From NCBI GenBank assembly GCA_947053595.1, contig CAMRSX010000001.1, positions 86,356-150,355 on the forward strand: a DNA stretch of 64,000 bases, read 5' to 3'. Within the stretch, counting starts at the first letter, position 1, and every line of letters begins with the position of its first letter. Source of the DNA: an uncultured Clostridia bacterium (GTDB taxonomy: Bacteria; Bacillota; Clostridia; Christensenellales; UBA1242). The notes under the pieces were generated by a model. It saw nothing but the letters and a program-made list of their open reading frames with translations. It made no database searches and was not told the origin of the DNA. Both the position numbers and the translations under genes were made by a program. Below, in pieces: positions 21,301-29,636 of this stretch.

Positions 21301-23607
21301 ATGCATATTGACAATGCAACAGCACATGGCGTGACTCCAGATTCATACAGAGCACAGGTTGGCATATGTGGCGGAAAGGCAAGTGAGCTGAATGGAGTTT
21401 ATTTGGGCGATGTGACAAGAGAATATGAAAATCCAAGCGCTGTAAATTTGGATGTAAAGAAAGTTTTTCCTGTTGGAAATGGGCATGTTTCACATCTAAA
21501 ATTCTTCTTCAGAAAACTTGACATTGCAATCAATTTTGAGGTTGAAGGTGAGAATGGGAATGTCACAAATACTTTCTTTATGGACAAGAATGGCGCAAGA
21601 ACAACATTTGATTACACATATGAAGCAGCTGATTGTGAAAATCCTGTTGTGTACAGCAACATCTTCTTATATAAAGCTTTAGGGTTGACTGATAAAGGCT
21701 TTGGATATAACTGGGTTGTTTATGACGAGGAAGACACTGCACTTTCATTCTTTGAAAGCGTGGCTGATGGTTATAAACAACAGGAGTTGGCAGGCATCTC
21801 ATATTCCAATTTCAACTTCAACATAATGCGGTTGATTAATGGAGAAAATGGCATCTTTATGGATGATGGCTCAATACACCCAGGAATAGGCAACACTTTT
21901 GAACAGGTTAACTTGAGCGTTGTGGCGGAGCCAATCACATTCACGGCAAGCTTTTATGCCTACACCAACACTGCACAAAACCTGAGTTATTATGGTGAGG
22001 CTTCGGAAAACTTTGCTGTCAATGATTTTCCTATCAATGATGACAGCGATGACAGCTTTGCCGAGCTTGTCAAAGGAGAAGGAAATCCACAAGCAGAAGG
22101 CGGATATTTCTTGAAAGAAGTTTTCTTTAGTGGAGAAATTTCCAACAACTTGCTGAAAGAAATTTCAATGAACGGACAGGACGGAAGTCTCACAACCATT
22201 ACAAATCCAACAAATTCGGATGTTTTGGCGTATTATTACAGCAAACTGAGCGTTTATCAAATTGGCAATGGCTTTGGAAGACCTACAAGCACCAGTAAGA
22301 CGTTGGATTTTGACGCAAGATTTTCTGTTGGAAACCTTAAGATTGTTGGCACTGTTGAAGGCGAAGGGCTTTCTGATGCAGACAAGCAAAATGTCAAAAT
22401 CAACTTTCTTGGCACAGACGGAGTTGGAATGGTTGCAAACTTTGAAGGCGAAACAACCTCCCTTTGCCGCAGCGATGTGGATTTGAGTTTTTCTGCAATT
22501 GACAACGCGATTTTCTTGGGCTGGTTTTTGAAGAGTGGGAATGGTGATGGTATACTGGCAGAATATGATGATTATGACTTTTATTATTCTCCAGCAATTG
22601 TTGGAAGTTATGACCCAGACGATAAAGACACATGGCCAACATTGAAAATTATTGCAAAATTTTTCAAGGCTGACTCAGGCACGCAACCACAATACAGCCA
22701 TGGCACATATCGCGTTTCCACTGCGCAGCACTTGCTTTGGCTTTCAAGCGCTGTTGCAAGAGGACAAAATTTTGAGAATGTTGTGTTTAAGCAAACAGCA
22801 GACATCAACATGTCTGGCGTGAGATTTGCACCAATTGGCTCCTACGCAAAGCCTTTTAAAGGTGTTTATGATGGCGGAAACTTCAGCATTTCAAATTTAA
22901 ACATTGATGTTGACATTTCTGCCGTAGGCTTGTTTGGATGCACCGAAGGGGCAACCATCAAAAACTTGATTCTGGAAGGCGGCCAAGTTAGGGGGCAGAG
23001 GGCTGTGGGTGCGTTTGTTGGTGAGGCAGCCAACACAACATTCAGCATGCTTTACAACCTTGGCTGCAAAGTTGAAACAACTGAGTGGGTGCCAATTGTG
23101 GACATTTACGGGCAATTTAACGAACAAGACCGCGAAAAATATGGCTTTGGAGGGATTGCTGGTTATGTCAACAGCGGCTATGGCAACAACAGTTTCGTTG
23201 GATGCTTCAGCTCTGCAACTGTGTTGGAAAACTCAAGCGAAGTTACTTTCGCTCCGCCAGATTGGGAAAATGAAGGTATTGAACGTCCAGACGAGGAACC
23301 TCCACAAACAGTTGTTGGCGGAGGCTTGATTGGTGTTGTTTCTGCTGGCGGCGCTTTGATTGACCAGTGCTATGTCAACATCAAAAAAACTGATGGCTCT
23401 GTTCAAGATTGTGAAATGTGGGGAGAGATTTGGTTTAATAAAGAAGCAAGCTTAAGCAATTCTTACTGCAACGGCACATATTATGGCGCAAGCCTTGAAG
23501 AGAGCAGCTCTTCGCCAGAAAATCTTTCAGACTTTTCAACCTATTGGGTTTTGATTGGCTCTGCTGGAAACAAGTCGGTTTATGGGCTTAAAATTTTCTA
23601 TTGGTGA
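18400..23607 (+). CDS. Giant secreted or anchored surface protein with N- and C-terminal GLUG-motif-like repeat regions
   Basis: N-terminal hydrophobic signal or anchor (MKRMLYIIITTFMSICFAFGC). GGIVG/GGIIG/VGLFG repeats recur. Two module openings, PYQISTPEQLALLSYLM and YRVSTAQHLLWLSSAV, are each followed by ...FxGxFDGGGHxISNL. The roughly 850-aa middle region matched no family. Confidence 0.65.
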   Translation: MKRMLYIIITTFMSICFAFGCVFFVGDALIPSIPVSEDTNKNGADEDDNPFRFGYWTNFHADKFAGGKGTASLPYQISTPEQLALLSYLMRESPDSIPENGDLSVKFAHYSLIADLDMRDHYWIPIGHANEFTSISDLGKCPNVFYGSFDGGGHTISNLRCEINRAEWNRSDYFVDAKIADVGLFGAVLAAGREQRIHNFQLYNSSVYVYGDSNYGNTGTLMAAMALNIGAVVGISPSCIAKAASAVKTVRLENIKVDGFNIYLTKSEREITEHYLRAGGIIGFTKGKQTEISNCMVFGDSEFSYVFNGEETSIYNMASIGGIVGEVDTYVNTSTYVSNCYNSMNFIIMNNTSGDVKFFKLGIGGIVGAVISGTDSGFNDIVKENSTKLIINSCANGGRIDLSCAPLSGTFSFFSNITVANSSVYASGLGGIIGTSVHGEAFFQTKYRTIEVNECVNYGTIGCESCYTYMYVSNDTYRRRFSPISIGGIVGAGGRFMGQSLNNFLGGKNELQVSLCLNFGRVGLWTLVPVMYGQYHYIYVDELYFAGVGGIIGSCGVAKECVNYGKVFACNVLDKNAWGGIVGAGEVDHCLNYGDVKTVDNYVEFLKGNYTYQKNHEFMGYYIDAENTPCNNCIFAEDMVEGRYDSKAVMSIWHNSGGDSLYRTLDENDMDVIRQLNSSSISGFYVSDIGLYKYKTVVINAGDEDEEYFDYYAYVVPDGCINLLNLSASVDGEDYAAFNTSLVGYHSVGLVSNELVMESWPVTIDTSDKKTFMFLLGADYLFSNQAMAYKCIADFSGGLFDYGDDYLTLKDVSCDAGLTVSMTSNRDTANKLNDYVISSIRGMTYNRTANMKINFERKKIQLTSASFYMVDNYKLDSNPSQSSLTEITDISNVAKHIEINGTGITGKTLYTEFLPYEYQLIVSPVTGYALVGVDICYSGGVSVQTNAGYYGSGVFTLIDNRNCDNIPMHIDNATAHGVTPDSYRAQVGICGGKASELNGVYLGDVTREYENPSAVNLDVKKVFPVGNGHVSHLKFFFRKLDIAINFEVEGENGNVTNTFFMDKNGARTTFDYTYEAADCENPVVYSNIFLYKALGLTDKGFGYNWVVYDEEDTALSFFESVADGYKQQELAGISYSNFNFNIMRLINGENGIFMDDGSIHPGIGNTFEQVNLSVVAEPITFTASFYAYTNTAQNLSYYGEASENFAVNDFPINDDSDDSFAELVKGEGNPQAEGGYFLKEVFFSGEISNNLLKEISMNGQDGSLTTITNPTNSDVLAYYYSKLSVYQIGNGFGRPTSTSKTLDFDARFSVGNLKIVGTVEGEGLSDADKQNVKINFLGTDGVGMVANFEGETTSLCRSDVDLSFSAIDNAIFLGWFLKSGNGDGILAEYDDYDFYYSPAIVGSYDPDDKDTWPTLKIIAKFFKADSGTQPQYSHGTYRVSTAQHLLWLSSAVARGQNFENVVFKQTADINMSGVRFAPIGSYAKPFKGVYDGGNFSISNLNIDVDISAVGLFGCTEGATIKNLILEGGQVRGQRAVGAFVGEAANTTFSMLYNLGCKVETTEWVPIVDIYGQFNEQDREKYGFGGIAGYVNSGYGNNSFVGCFSSATVLENSSEVTFAPPDWENEGIERPDEEPPQTVVGGGLIGVVSAGGALIDQCYVNIKKTDGSVQDCEMWGEIWFNKEASLSNSYCNGTYYGASLEESSSSPENLSDFSTYWVLIGSAGNKSVYGLKIFYW

Positions 23608-23619
23608 AGAAATTGAAAA

Positions 23620-23652
23620 AGAAGAATGACAACAATGTCATTCTTTTTTTGT
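23620..23652 (+). terminator. Rho-independent terminator
   Basis: AAGAATGACA-acaa-TGTCATTCTT followed by TTTTTT. Confidence 0.8.
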
Positions 23653-23786
23653 TTGTTCTAATTTGTTTTTTGGACAAATAGAATATTATTGAATATTCGA
23701 CAAGAGTGGACACAATTTTGGCAGTTCGGTCAAAATAAGCCTTGGGGAAAGTTCAACAAATTTATTAAAATAAAAGCGAGGTTTGT

Positions 23787-24551
23787 ATGCGGGCAATCGT
23801 TGTCAAATCAAGAACAATCAAAATCTTTTTAGCTTTGGTGGTGGCGGTGGTGCTTTTGACGGTTTCCATCAATGGAACTGCTGCGGCACAGGTGTATTTT
23901 GGATATTCCACGCGAAAGGTGCCAATTTATAATGTGGACACGCAAGAAAAGCAGATTGCAATTTCCTTTGACGCAGCTTGGGGTGCGGACAAAACGCAAG
24001 AAATTATTGACATTCTGAAGGAATATGACGCCACAGCAACTTTCTTTTTGGTGGGTTTTTGGGTGGATGATTATCCGCAGCAAGCAAAAGCCATTGCCGA
24101 TGCGGGGCTTGAAATTGGCACGCACTCCAACACGCATCCTGACATGGTGAAGCTGGACAGAAACACAATGAAAAACGAGTTGGAAACTTCCATGGCAAAA
24201 ATTGAAGAGACAACAGGTGTGAAACCAAGTTTGTTTAGGGCGCCATTTGGTTCTTACAACAACTCGCTTTTGGAAGTGGCAGAAAGCCTGAGCCTGAAAA
24301 CCATTCAGTGGGATGTGGACAGTTTGGATTGGAAAGGGCTTTCGGCAGGCGACATCTGCTCTCGCGTGATTTCAAGGGTTAAGAACGGCTCCATCATCTT
24401 GATGCACAACAATTCCGACCATGTTTTGGATGGCTTGAGATTGATTTTAAACCGATTGAAAATTCAGGGCTATAAGGTGACTGGAATTTCGGAGTTGATT
24501 TACGCAGACAACTACACCATTGACAGAAATGGGGTGCAACACAAAAATTAG
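23787..24551 (+). CDS. Polysaccharide deacetylase (NodB/PdaA-like), membrane anchored
   Basis: N-terminal TM segment. NodB motifs are FDAAWG, HSNTHPDM, RAPFGSY and LMHN. Confidence 0.85.
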   Translation: MRAIVVKSRTIKIFLALVVAVVLLTVSINGTAAAQVYFGYSTRKVPIYNVDTQEKQIAISFDAAWGADKTQEIIDILKEYDATATFFLVGFWVDDYPQQAKAIADAGLEIGTHSNTHPDMVKLDRNTMKNELETSMAKIEETTGVKPSLFRAPFGSYNNSLLEVAESLSLKTIQWDVDSLDWKGLSAGDICSRVISRVKNGSIILMHNNSDHVLDGLRLILNRLKIQGYKVTGISELIYADNYTIDRNGVQHKN

Positions 24552-24564
24552 GAGGGAGAATTTT

Positions 24565-25251
24565 ATGAGTTACGAAAATGTGAAAGAAGACATTGTGAAT
24601 TATGCCAGAATTGCGGGAAGGGTGATGTGTGAGCCTGTTAAATCACACGAAATTGACGGCGAAACTTTTTATGAGTTTATGGTGGAAGTTGACCGTCTGT
24701 CCGAAAACAAGGACACTTTGCCTGTCACCATTTCGGAAAGAACACTTTTAAGCGAAAAAATTGAAGTTGGTGATTTTGTGGAAGTGACAGGGGAATATCG
24801 AAGCTATAACAAGCTTTTTGGCGAGAAAAGTAAGTTGATTTTGAATGTTTTTGCCAAGGATTTTAAGCGCGTGACAGAAGCAGCCAAGCCAATTAATGAA
24901 ATTAAACTGACCGGCTTCATCTGTAAAGAGCCAATTTATCGCAAGACGCCGTTTGAAAAGGAAATTTGCGATTTGCTTTTGGCGGTGAACAGAGTGAGCT
25001 ATCACAAATCAGACTATATTCCTTGCATTCTTTGGGGAAGAAACGCGCGCTTTTTGGCAAATCAAAACATTGGCTGCAAGGTGGAGCTTTCTGGCAGAAT
25101 TCAATCCAGAGAATATAACAAAGTTGTTGACGGAGTCAGCACAAAAAATGTGGCATATGAAGTGTCTTGTCAGACGGTTTCAATTTTGGGCAATGTGGCA
25201 AATTTGTCTGGAAAAAAATCAATTTCTCAAGGTTTGGTTGCCAATAATTAA
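24565..25251 (+). CDS. Tandem OB-fold SSB-like protein without an acidic C-terminal tip
   Basis: Two SSB-like halves are present (IAGRVMCEPV...VEVTGEYRSY and LTGFICKEPIYRKT...ILWGRNARFL...VELSGRIQSREY). ATG 24565 follows GGAGGGAG. Confidence 0.6.
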   Translation: MSYENVKEDIVNYARIAGRVMCEPVKSHEIDGETFYEFMVEVDRLSENKDTLPVTISERTLLSEKIEVGDFVEVTGEYRSYNKLFGEKSKLILNVFAKDFKRVTEAAKPINEIKLTGFICKEPIYRKTPFEKEICDLLLAVNRVSYHKSDYIPCILWGRNARFLANQNIGCKVELSGRIQSREYNKVVDGVSTKNVAYEVSCQTVSILGNVANLSGKKSISQGLVANN

Positions 25252-25300
25252 GACAAAAAAGGATGTGGCACTATAGCAAAACACACGAGGCGCAGCCATA

Positions 25301-25329
25301 AAAAAACACCAATGTTTTGGTGTTTTTTT
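25301..25329. terminator. Bidirectional hairpin terminator (AAAAAACACCAA-tgtt-TTGGTGTTTTTTT)
   Basis: Read directly between convergent genes. Confidence 0.75.
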
Positions 25330-25349
25330 GATTTTGCGTTTGCTTGGTT

Positions 25350-25568
25350 TTAGTTTTTCTTCAAGTCTTCATCGCTGATGCAAAGCACCAAAATGCCGCC
25401 AATCAAACCGCAGAAGAATATATCCAAAATTCCCCAAACAGTCAACTCGCTTTTTGAAGTTGCTTTGTTAAGCTTGCTGAGCGTAATTCCGCCAAAAATC
25501 AAAGGCAAAATTGCAAAGCAGCCAAAAATCATTGCAAGAATGATAAACACTTTCGCAGCAGTTTTCAT
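25350..25568 (-). CDS. Small two-TM membrane protein (72 aa)
   Basis: MKTAAKVFIILAMIFGCFAILPLIFGG... follows AAGGAGGG. The track start 25604 lies upstream of the RBS. Confidence 0.6.
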   Translation of the reverse strand: MKTAAKVFIILAMIFGCFAILPLIFGGITLSKLNKATSKSELTVWGILDIFFCGLIGGILVLCISDEDLKKN

Positions 25569-25595
25569 GTTTCCCTCCTTATTAATAATATAAAT

Positions 25596-25624
25596 ATTAT
25601 ACAATATTCGACAATATTCGTCAA
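25596..25624 (-). promoter_or_regulatory. Promoter (TTGACG, 17 nt spacer, TATAAT) carrying Spo0A-box-like sites
   Basis: The minus strand reads TTGACGAATATTGTCGAATATTGTATAAT. A perfect TGTCGAA sits at 25613-25607 in the spacer, and TGACGAA at 25623-25617 overlaps the -35 box. Confidence 0.5.
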
Positions 25625-25659
25625 GTGAAAGAAATTTTTTTTAGAAAATTTTTTTGGTT

Positions 25660-25694
25660 GGCTTAAAAAAAAGAAAAAAGCCACGCTTGTGGCT
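25660..25694 (-). terminator. Rho-independent terminator of gpmI
   Basis: The minus strand reads AAGCCACAAGCGTGGCTTTTTTCTTTTTTTT immediately after the stop. Confidence 0.7.
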
Positions 25695-27197
25695 TTAAAA
25701 AAGTGGCTCGTCATATGTGGAAGGCTTTTCAATTTCCAAAAGTTTTAAAACCGTTGGGGCAATGGCGGAAAGAGATTTGCCTTTTTTCAGTTTGACCTTT
25801 TTGTTTTTTTCGCTAACCAAAATCACAGGAACAGGGTTGGTTGTGTGCTTTGTAAGTTTGTTTCCAGCATCGTCAAACATCTCTTCTGCATTTCCGTGGT
25901 CGGCAGTGATTATGCACTCTCCGCCAGCCATGAGGGTGGCAAGAGCAACGGCATAGGCTTGCTTTTCCACGCACTGAATGGCCTCTTTTGTGGCATTGAA
26001 GTTTCCAGTGTGTCCAATCATGTCTGGGTTGGAATAGTTAACCAAAATGAAATCATATTTTTGGCTTGCAATGGCATCAAGCACCTCTTGGGTGATTTCC
26101 ACCGCCCGCATTTTTGGAAAATCTGAAAAGTCTTTCACATTTATGCTGTCAATCAGCTTGCGCTCTTCGCCTTCATATTGTTTTTCAATGCCGCCATTGA
26201 AGAAGAAGGTGACATGAGCGTATTTGGTTGTTTCGGCAATGTGAAGTTGGGTTTTTCCGTTTTCAGAAAGCACACTTGCAAGATTGTCTTCCACCACTTT
26301 TGGCGGATATAGGGTGTTGAGATGTGCAAGTTTGTCAGAATATTGCGTCATGCAAGTGAAAAGAAAGTTGCAAAGTTTTGTTGTTTTAAACCCTTTAAAG
26401 TTTTCATCGGTGATGGCGGTGGTGATTTCACGCGCACGGTCAGAGCGATAGTTAAAGAAAATGAGGCTGTCGCCATTGCGAAGAGTGGCGTCTGGATTGA
26501 TTATGCTTGGCTCGACATATTCATCATAAACTCCATTTTCATAACTGGCATTGAGGGCTTCCTCAGCAGAGGAAAAATTTGTGCCTTTGCCTTCCACCAG
26601 CATTTGGTATGCCTTTTCAACGCGGTCATAACGGTTTTCTCTGTCCATGGCATAAACGCGTCCAATCAAAGTGCCAAACTTTGCGTTGGTGCCTTCAATT
26701 TGCGCCTCTGTTTGTTTGACAAAATTCAAGCCGTCGCGTATGCCAGTGTCGCGGCCATCCAAGATGCCGTGAATGTATATGTTTGCAATGTCGAAGTTTT
26801 TTGAAAACTGCAAAATGGCAAGAAGGTGAGAAAGTTGTGAGTGGATGCCGCCGTTTGACAGCAGCCCCATGATGTGCAGATTGCTTTTGTTCTTTTCCGC
26901 ATGTGTCAGCGCTTTGATGAGGGCAGCGTTTTCATAAAACTTCCCGTTTGCAATTTCGCTGTTAATCAGTTGCAAGTCTTGCAAAACCACTCTTCCGGCG
27001 CCAAGCGTGAGGTGTCCAACCTCAGAATTTCCCATGATGCCTTTTGGCAAGCCAACAGCTTCGCCACTGGCTTCAATAAGCGTGTGGGGATACATTTTTT
27101 TCAATTTGTCAAGGTTTGGAGTGCCTTGAGAGGTGATTGCATTTCCAAATGTTCCTTTCTTTTCTCCAAAACCATCCAAAATCACAAGCGTAACCAT
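25695..27197 (-). CDS. gpmI: 2,3-bisphosphoglycerate-independent phosphoglycerate mutase
   Basis: 500 aa. Motifs are VTLVILDGFG, NSEVGHLTLGAGR and ADHGNAE. Confidence 0.92.
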   Translation of the reverse strand: MVTLVILDGFGEKKGTFGNAITSQGTPNLDKLKKMYPHTLIEASGEAVGLPKGIMGNSEVGHLTLGAGRVVLQDLQLINSEIANGKFYENAALIKALTHAEKNKSNLHIMGLLSNGGIHSQLSHLLAILQFSKNFDIANIYIHGILDGRDTGIRDGLNFVKQTEAQIEGTNAKFGTLIGRVYAMDRENRYDRVEKAYQMLVEGKGTNFSSAEEALNASYENGVYDEYVEPSIINPDATLRNGDSLIFFNYRSDRAREITTAITDENFKGFKTTKLCNFLFTCMTQYSDKLAHLNTLYPPKVVEDNLASVLSENGKTQLHIAETTKYAHVTFFFNGGIEKQYEGEERKLIDSINVKDFSDFPKMRAVEITQEVLDAIASQKYDFILVNYSNPDMIGHTGNFNATKEAIQCVEKQAYAVALATLMAGGECIITADHGNAEEMFDDAGNKLTKHTTNPVPVILVSEKNKKVKLKKGKSLSAIAPTVLKLLEIEKPSTYDEPLF

Positions 27198-27279
27198 ATT
27201 TTCTCCTTTATTTTCATTTTAAATTTTAGACTTTTGCGCCAAAAATGTCAAATTAAAAGAAGAAAAAACTTTTCTTGTG

Positions 27280-27822
27280 TTATTTGCCTAAGTGCTCGTC
27301 AAATAGGTTGTCTTGAGGGATGGGCTCCGCCTTGGTTGGGGCGTCAAAAAAGTTGGAAGGTTGGCTTTGGGCTTGGGAAGGCATTGAAGTTTGCATGTTG
27401 GGGTTGTTGAACTGCGTGCTTTCAACTTTTTCAACCAGATTTACTTCTGTCTTCTTCTTTTGGGTTTTGGGGTTTCGCTTCCAAAACTGCCACCATTTTT
27501 TCTTTTTTGTTTTTTGTGGAATTTGCTCTTGTCCGGCCTCCACATTCACAACAGCGGGTTGTGCGTTTGCAGGCGTGGAAGAAGAAAGCTCTGCCTTTTG
27601 TTTTTTCTTTTTTCGTTCAAACACTTTGAAGGTGCCTTTGTTGACAATCACGCGCAAAACAAGATAAGCAGCCGCAACGCCAAAAAGAATGTAAATCAGG
27701 CGGGAGAAGATGCTTGCCTGATAGCCAAAAAGCCCTGCAATGAAATCATATTGCAAAAGACCAATCAAAAGCCAGTTGACGCAGCCGGCAAGTGTGAGAA
27801 TGAATGCAATGAAAGTTATCAT
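27280..27822 (-). CDS. DUF378-like small membrane protein with a long Lys/Gln-rich C-terminal tail
   Basis: MITFIAFILTLAGCVNWLLIGLLQYDFIAGLFG...VAAAYL follows AAAGGAG. After the two TM segments there are about 110 aa of K/Q/P-rich tail. The track start 27975 is an upstream extension. Confidence 0.6.
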   Translation of the reverse strand: MITFIAFILTLAGCVNWLLIGLLQYDFIAGLFGYQASIFSRLIYILFGVAAAYLVLRVIVNKGTFKVFERKKKKQKAELSSSTPANAQPAVVNVEAGQEQIPQKTKKKKWWQFWKRNPKTQKKKTEVNLVEKVESTQFNNPNMQTSMPSQAQSQPSNFFDAPTKAEPIPQDNLFDEHLGK

Positions 27823-27945
27823 AAAAAAAACTCCTTTTATGTTTTTGTTTTTATCGTTGTTATTATTGCAAAAAAACACAACAAATATCCCTGCACTATA
27901 AGCTTGTTTTGTGGAGAAAAGCGCGCAAGGCTCATATAAAAACTT

Positions 27946-28806
27946 GTGAAAGAATTTTTGATTTGTGACACGCACAACGATTTTTTAACCGAGCTTGCGC
28001 CAAGTGAGTTTGCCACATATGCCAAAAGGTGCAAACGAAGTGGGGTGGAAAGCATCTGTGCGTCATATTGGAGTACGCAGCGAAGAGCAAAGCACATTGA
28101 GGCAGAACTTGCAGAGCGCGCTGGCATTTTGCGTGAAAAAACCAATTTTTTGCTGCATATTGAAGATTTGTGGTGGGTTGAGAATGAAGAGGGTTTGAAA
28201 AATTTGCTGCGACATAAGCCTTTCTCATGTTCGCTGACATGGAATGATAAAAACGCGCTGGCAAGCGGAAGTGCAGCGGTTGGTGGATTGAGCGAATGGG
28301 GCAAAGCATGTGTGAAAGCACTTATGGATGCTGGCGTGGTGGTGGATGTGGCACACCTAAATCGGCAAAGTTTTTTTGAGGTGGCAAAGCTGGTGGGCAA
28401 AAATGTCTATTGCTCTCATGCTGGCTTTTATGGCGTCAGGCGACACAAAAGAAATTTGACAGACAAGCAAATTGACATGATTGTCAAAAGCAATGGCTTT
28501 GTGGGGCTTTTCTTTTTTGACAAATGTTTGAAGAAAAGAACGAAAGGGGATGAAACGACTTTTGGTGTGGCTGACATTGTGGAAAGCCTGTGCTATTTCA
28601 CTTCGCGCTGGGGCTTTGACAACATTGGCATTGGAACTGACTTTTTTGGCATTGAGAATCCGCCAGAAAGGCTGGCTGACTATGCTGATTTTCACAACTT
28701 GGCAGATGCACTTTTCTTGCGTGGATTTTCTTTGCAGCAGGTGAACAAAATCTTTTGCGAGAACTTTTGGGCGTTTGTGAAAAGAATTAATTTGGAAAAA
28801 GCTTAA
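27946..28806 (+). CDS. Membrane dipeptidase (M19 renal-dipeptidase family)-like protein
   Basis: ICDTHNDF N-terminal motif and VVVDVAHL. GTG start with no obvious RBS, so the start is uncertain. Confidence 0.65.
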   Translation: MKEFLICDTHNDFLTELAPSEFATYAKRCKRSGVESICASYWSTQRRAKHIEAELAERAGILREKTNFLLHIEDLWWVENEEGLKNLLRHKPFSCSLTWNDKNALASGSAAVGGLSEWGKACVKALMDAGVVVDVAHLNRQSFFEVAKLVGKNVYCSHAGFYGVRRHKRNLTDKQIDMIVKSNGFVGLFFFDKCLKKRTKGDETTFGVADIVESLCYFTSRWGFDNIGIGTDFFGIENPPERLADYADFHNLADALFLRGFSLQQVNKIFCENFWAFVKRINLEKA

Positions 28807-28812
28807 ATTTGG

Positions 28813-28841
28813 TTGACTTTTTCTTGTTTTTTGCATATAAT
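28813..28841 (+). promoter_or_regulatory. Near-consensus sigma-A promoter (TTGACT, 17 nt spacer, TATAAT)
   Basis: Read directly, about 100 nt upstream of greA. Confidence 0.6.
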
Positions 28842-28941
28842 ATTGTGGTTTAAAAATTTAAATTCAAAATAAGCAAAACCTTAGAAGGCCATGTTGGTCG
28901 TTTTTTTTGAATTTAATTCCATGAAATAGGGAGGTAACAAT

Positions 28942-29412
28942 ATGGAAAAACACTACCTTACACCAGAAGGAAAAGCACAACTTGAAGAAAAGTTGAACTA
29001 TTATAAAACTGTCAAAAGGCCAGAGGTTGTTAAGCGCATTGGCATTGCAAGAGAATTTGGTGACCTGTCTGAAAATTCTGAATATGACGCCGCAAAAGAC
29101 GAGCAGGCGCAGATTGAAGCACAAATCACAGAGATGGAAAACATCCTTTTGAACGCGGAAGTTATTGACAAGAAAAAACTGGACAGCGATGTTGTCAACG
29201 TTGGCTGCAAAGTGAAGCTTTATGACGAGGATTTTGATGAAGAAGTGATTTATCGTATTTCTGGCTCGTCTGAAAGCGACCCAAGAAATGGCGTCATCAG
29301 CAACGTTTCTCCAGTGGGAAAGGCGCTGATTGGACACAAAAAAGGAGAGTCGATTTCTGTTCAAACTCCGGGTGGCAGCACAATTTACAAAATCATTTCC
29401 ATTGAAATTTAG
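28942..29412 (+). CDS. greA: Transcription elongation factor GreA
   Basis: 156 aa. It contains LTPEGKAQLEEKLNYYKTVKRPEVVKRIGIAREFGDLSENSEYDAAKDEQ. Confidence 0.93.
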   Translation: MEKHYLTPEGKAQLEEKLNYYKTVKRPEVVKRIGIAREFGDLSENSEYDAAKDEQAQIEAQITEMENILLNAEVIDKKKLDSDVVNVGCKVKLYDEDFDEEVIYRISGSSESDPRNGVISNVSPVGKALIGHKKGESISVQTPGGSTIYKIISIEI

Positions 29413-29599
29413 TTGCATTTTGCCTTTAAAGCTTTGGCAAGCGCTTGTGATGTGTTTGTGTTGCGGTTTGAAGATTTCTTGCACCCTTTTGGCAGGGGAA
29501 AACATTGTTGCGGCGGCTTTGCCAGCAGTTTTGTGCGGCTTTTTGTGAGAAGATGTTTAAAGCAAATGAAATATTCCAATAATTTATTGGCAATTTTGT

Positions 29600-29627
29600 T
29601 TGCTTTTTTGTTTGTTTGTGGTATTAT
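29600..29627 (+). promoter_or_regulatory. Promoter candidate with an extended -10 element (TTGCTT, 16 nt spacer, TGgTATTAT)
   Basis: The -10 box ends at 29627 and the ATG is at 29637, which leaves a leader of at most about 3 nt and no SD sequence. Confidence 0.35.
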
Positions 29628-29636
29628 ATAAATAAG

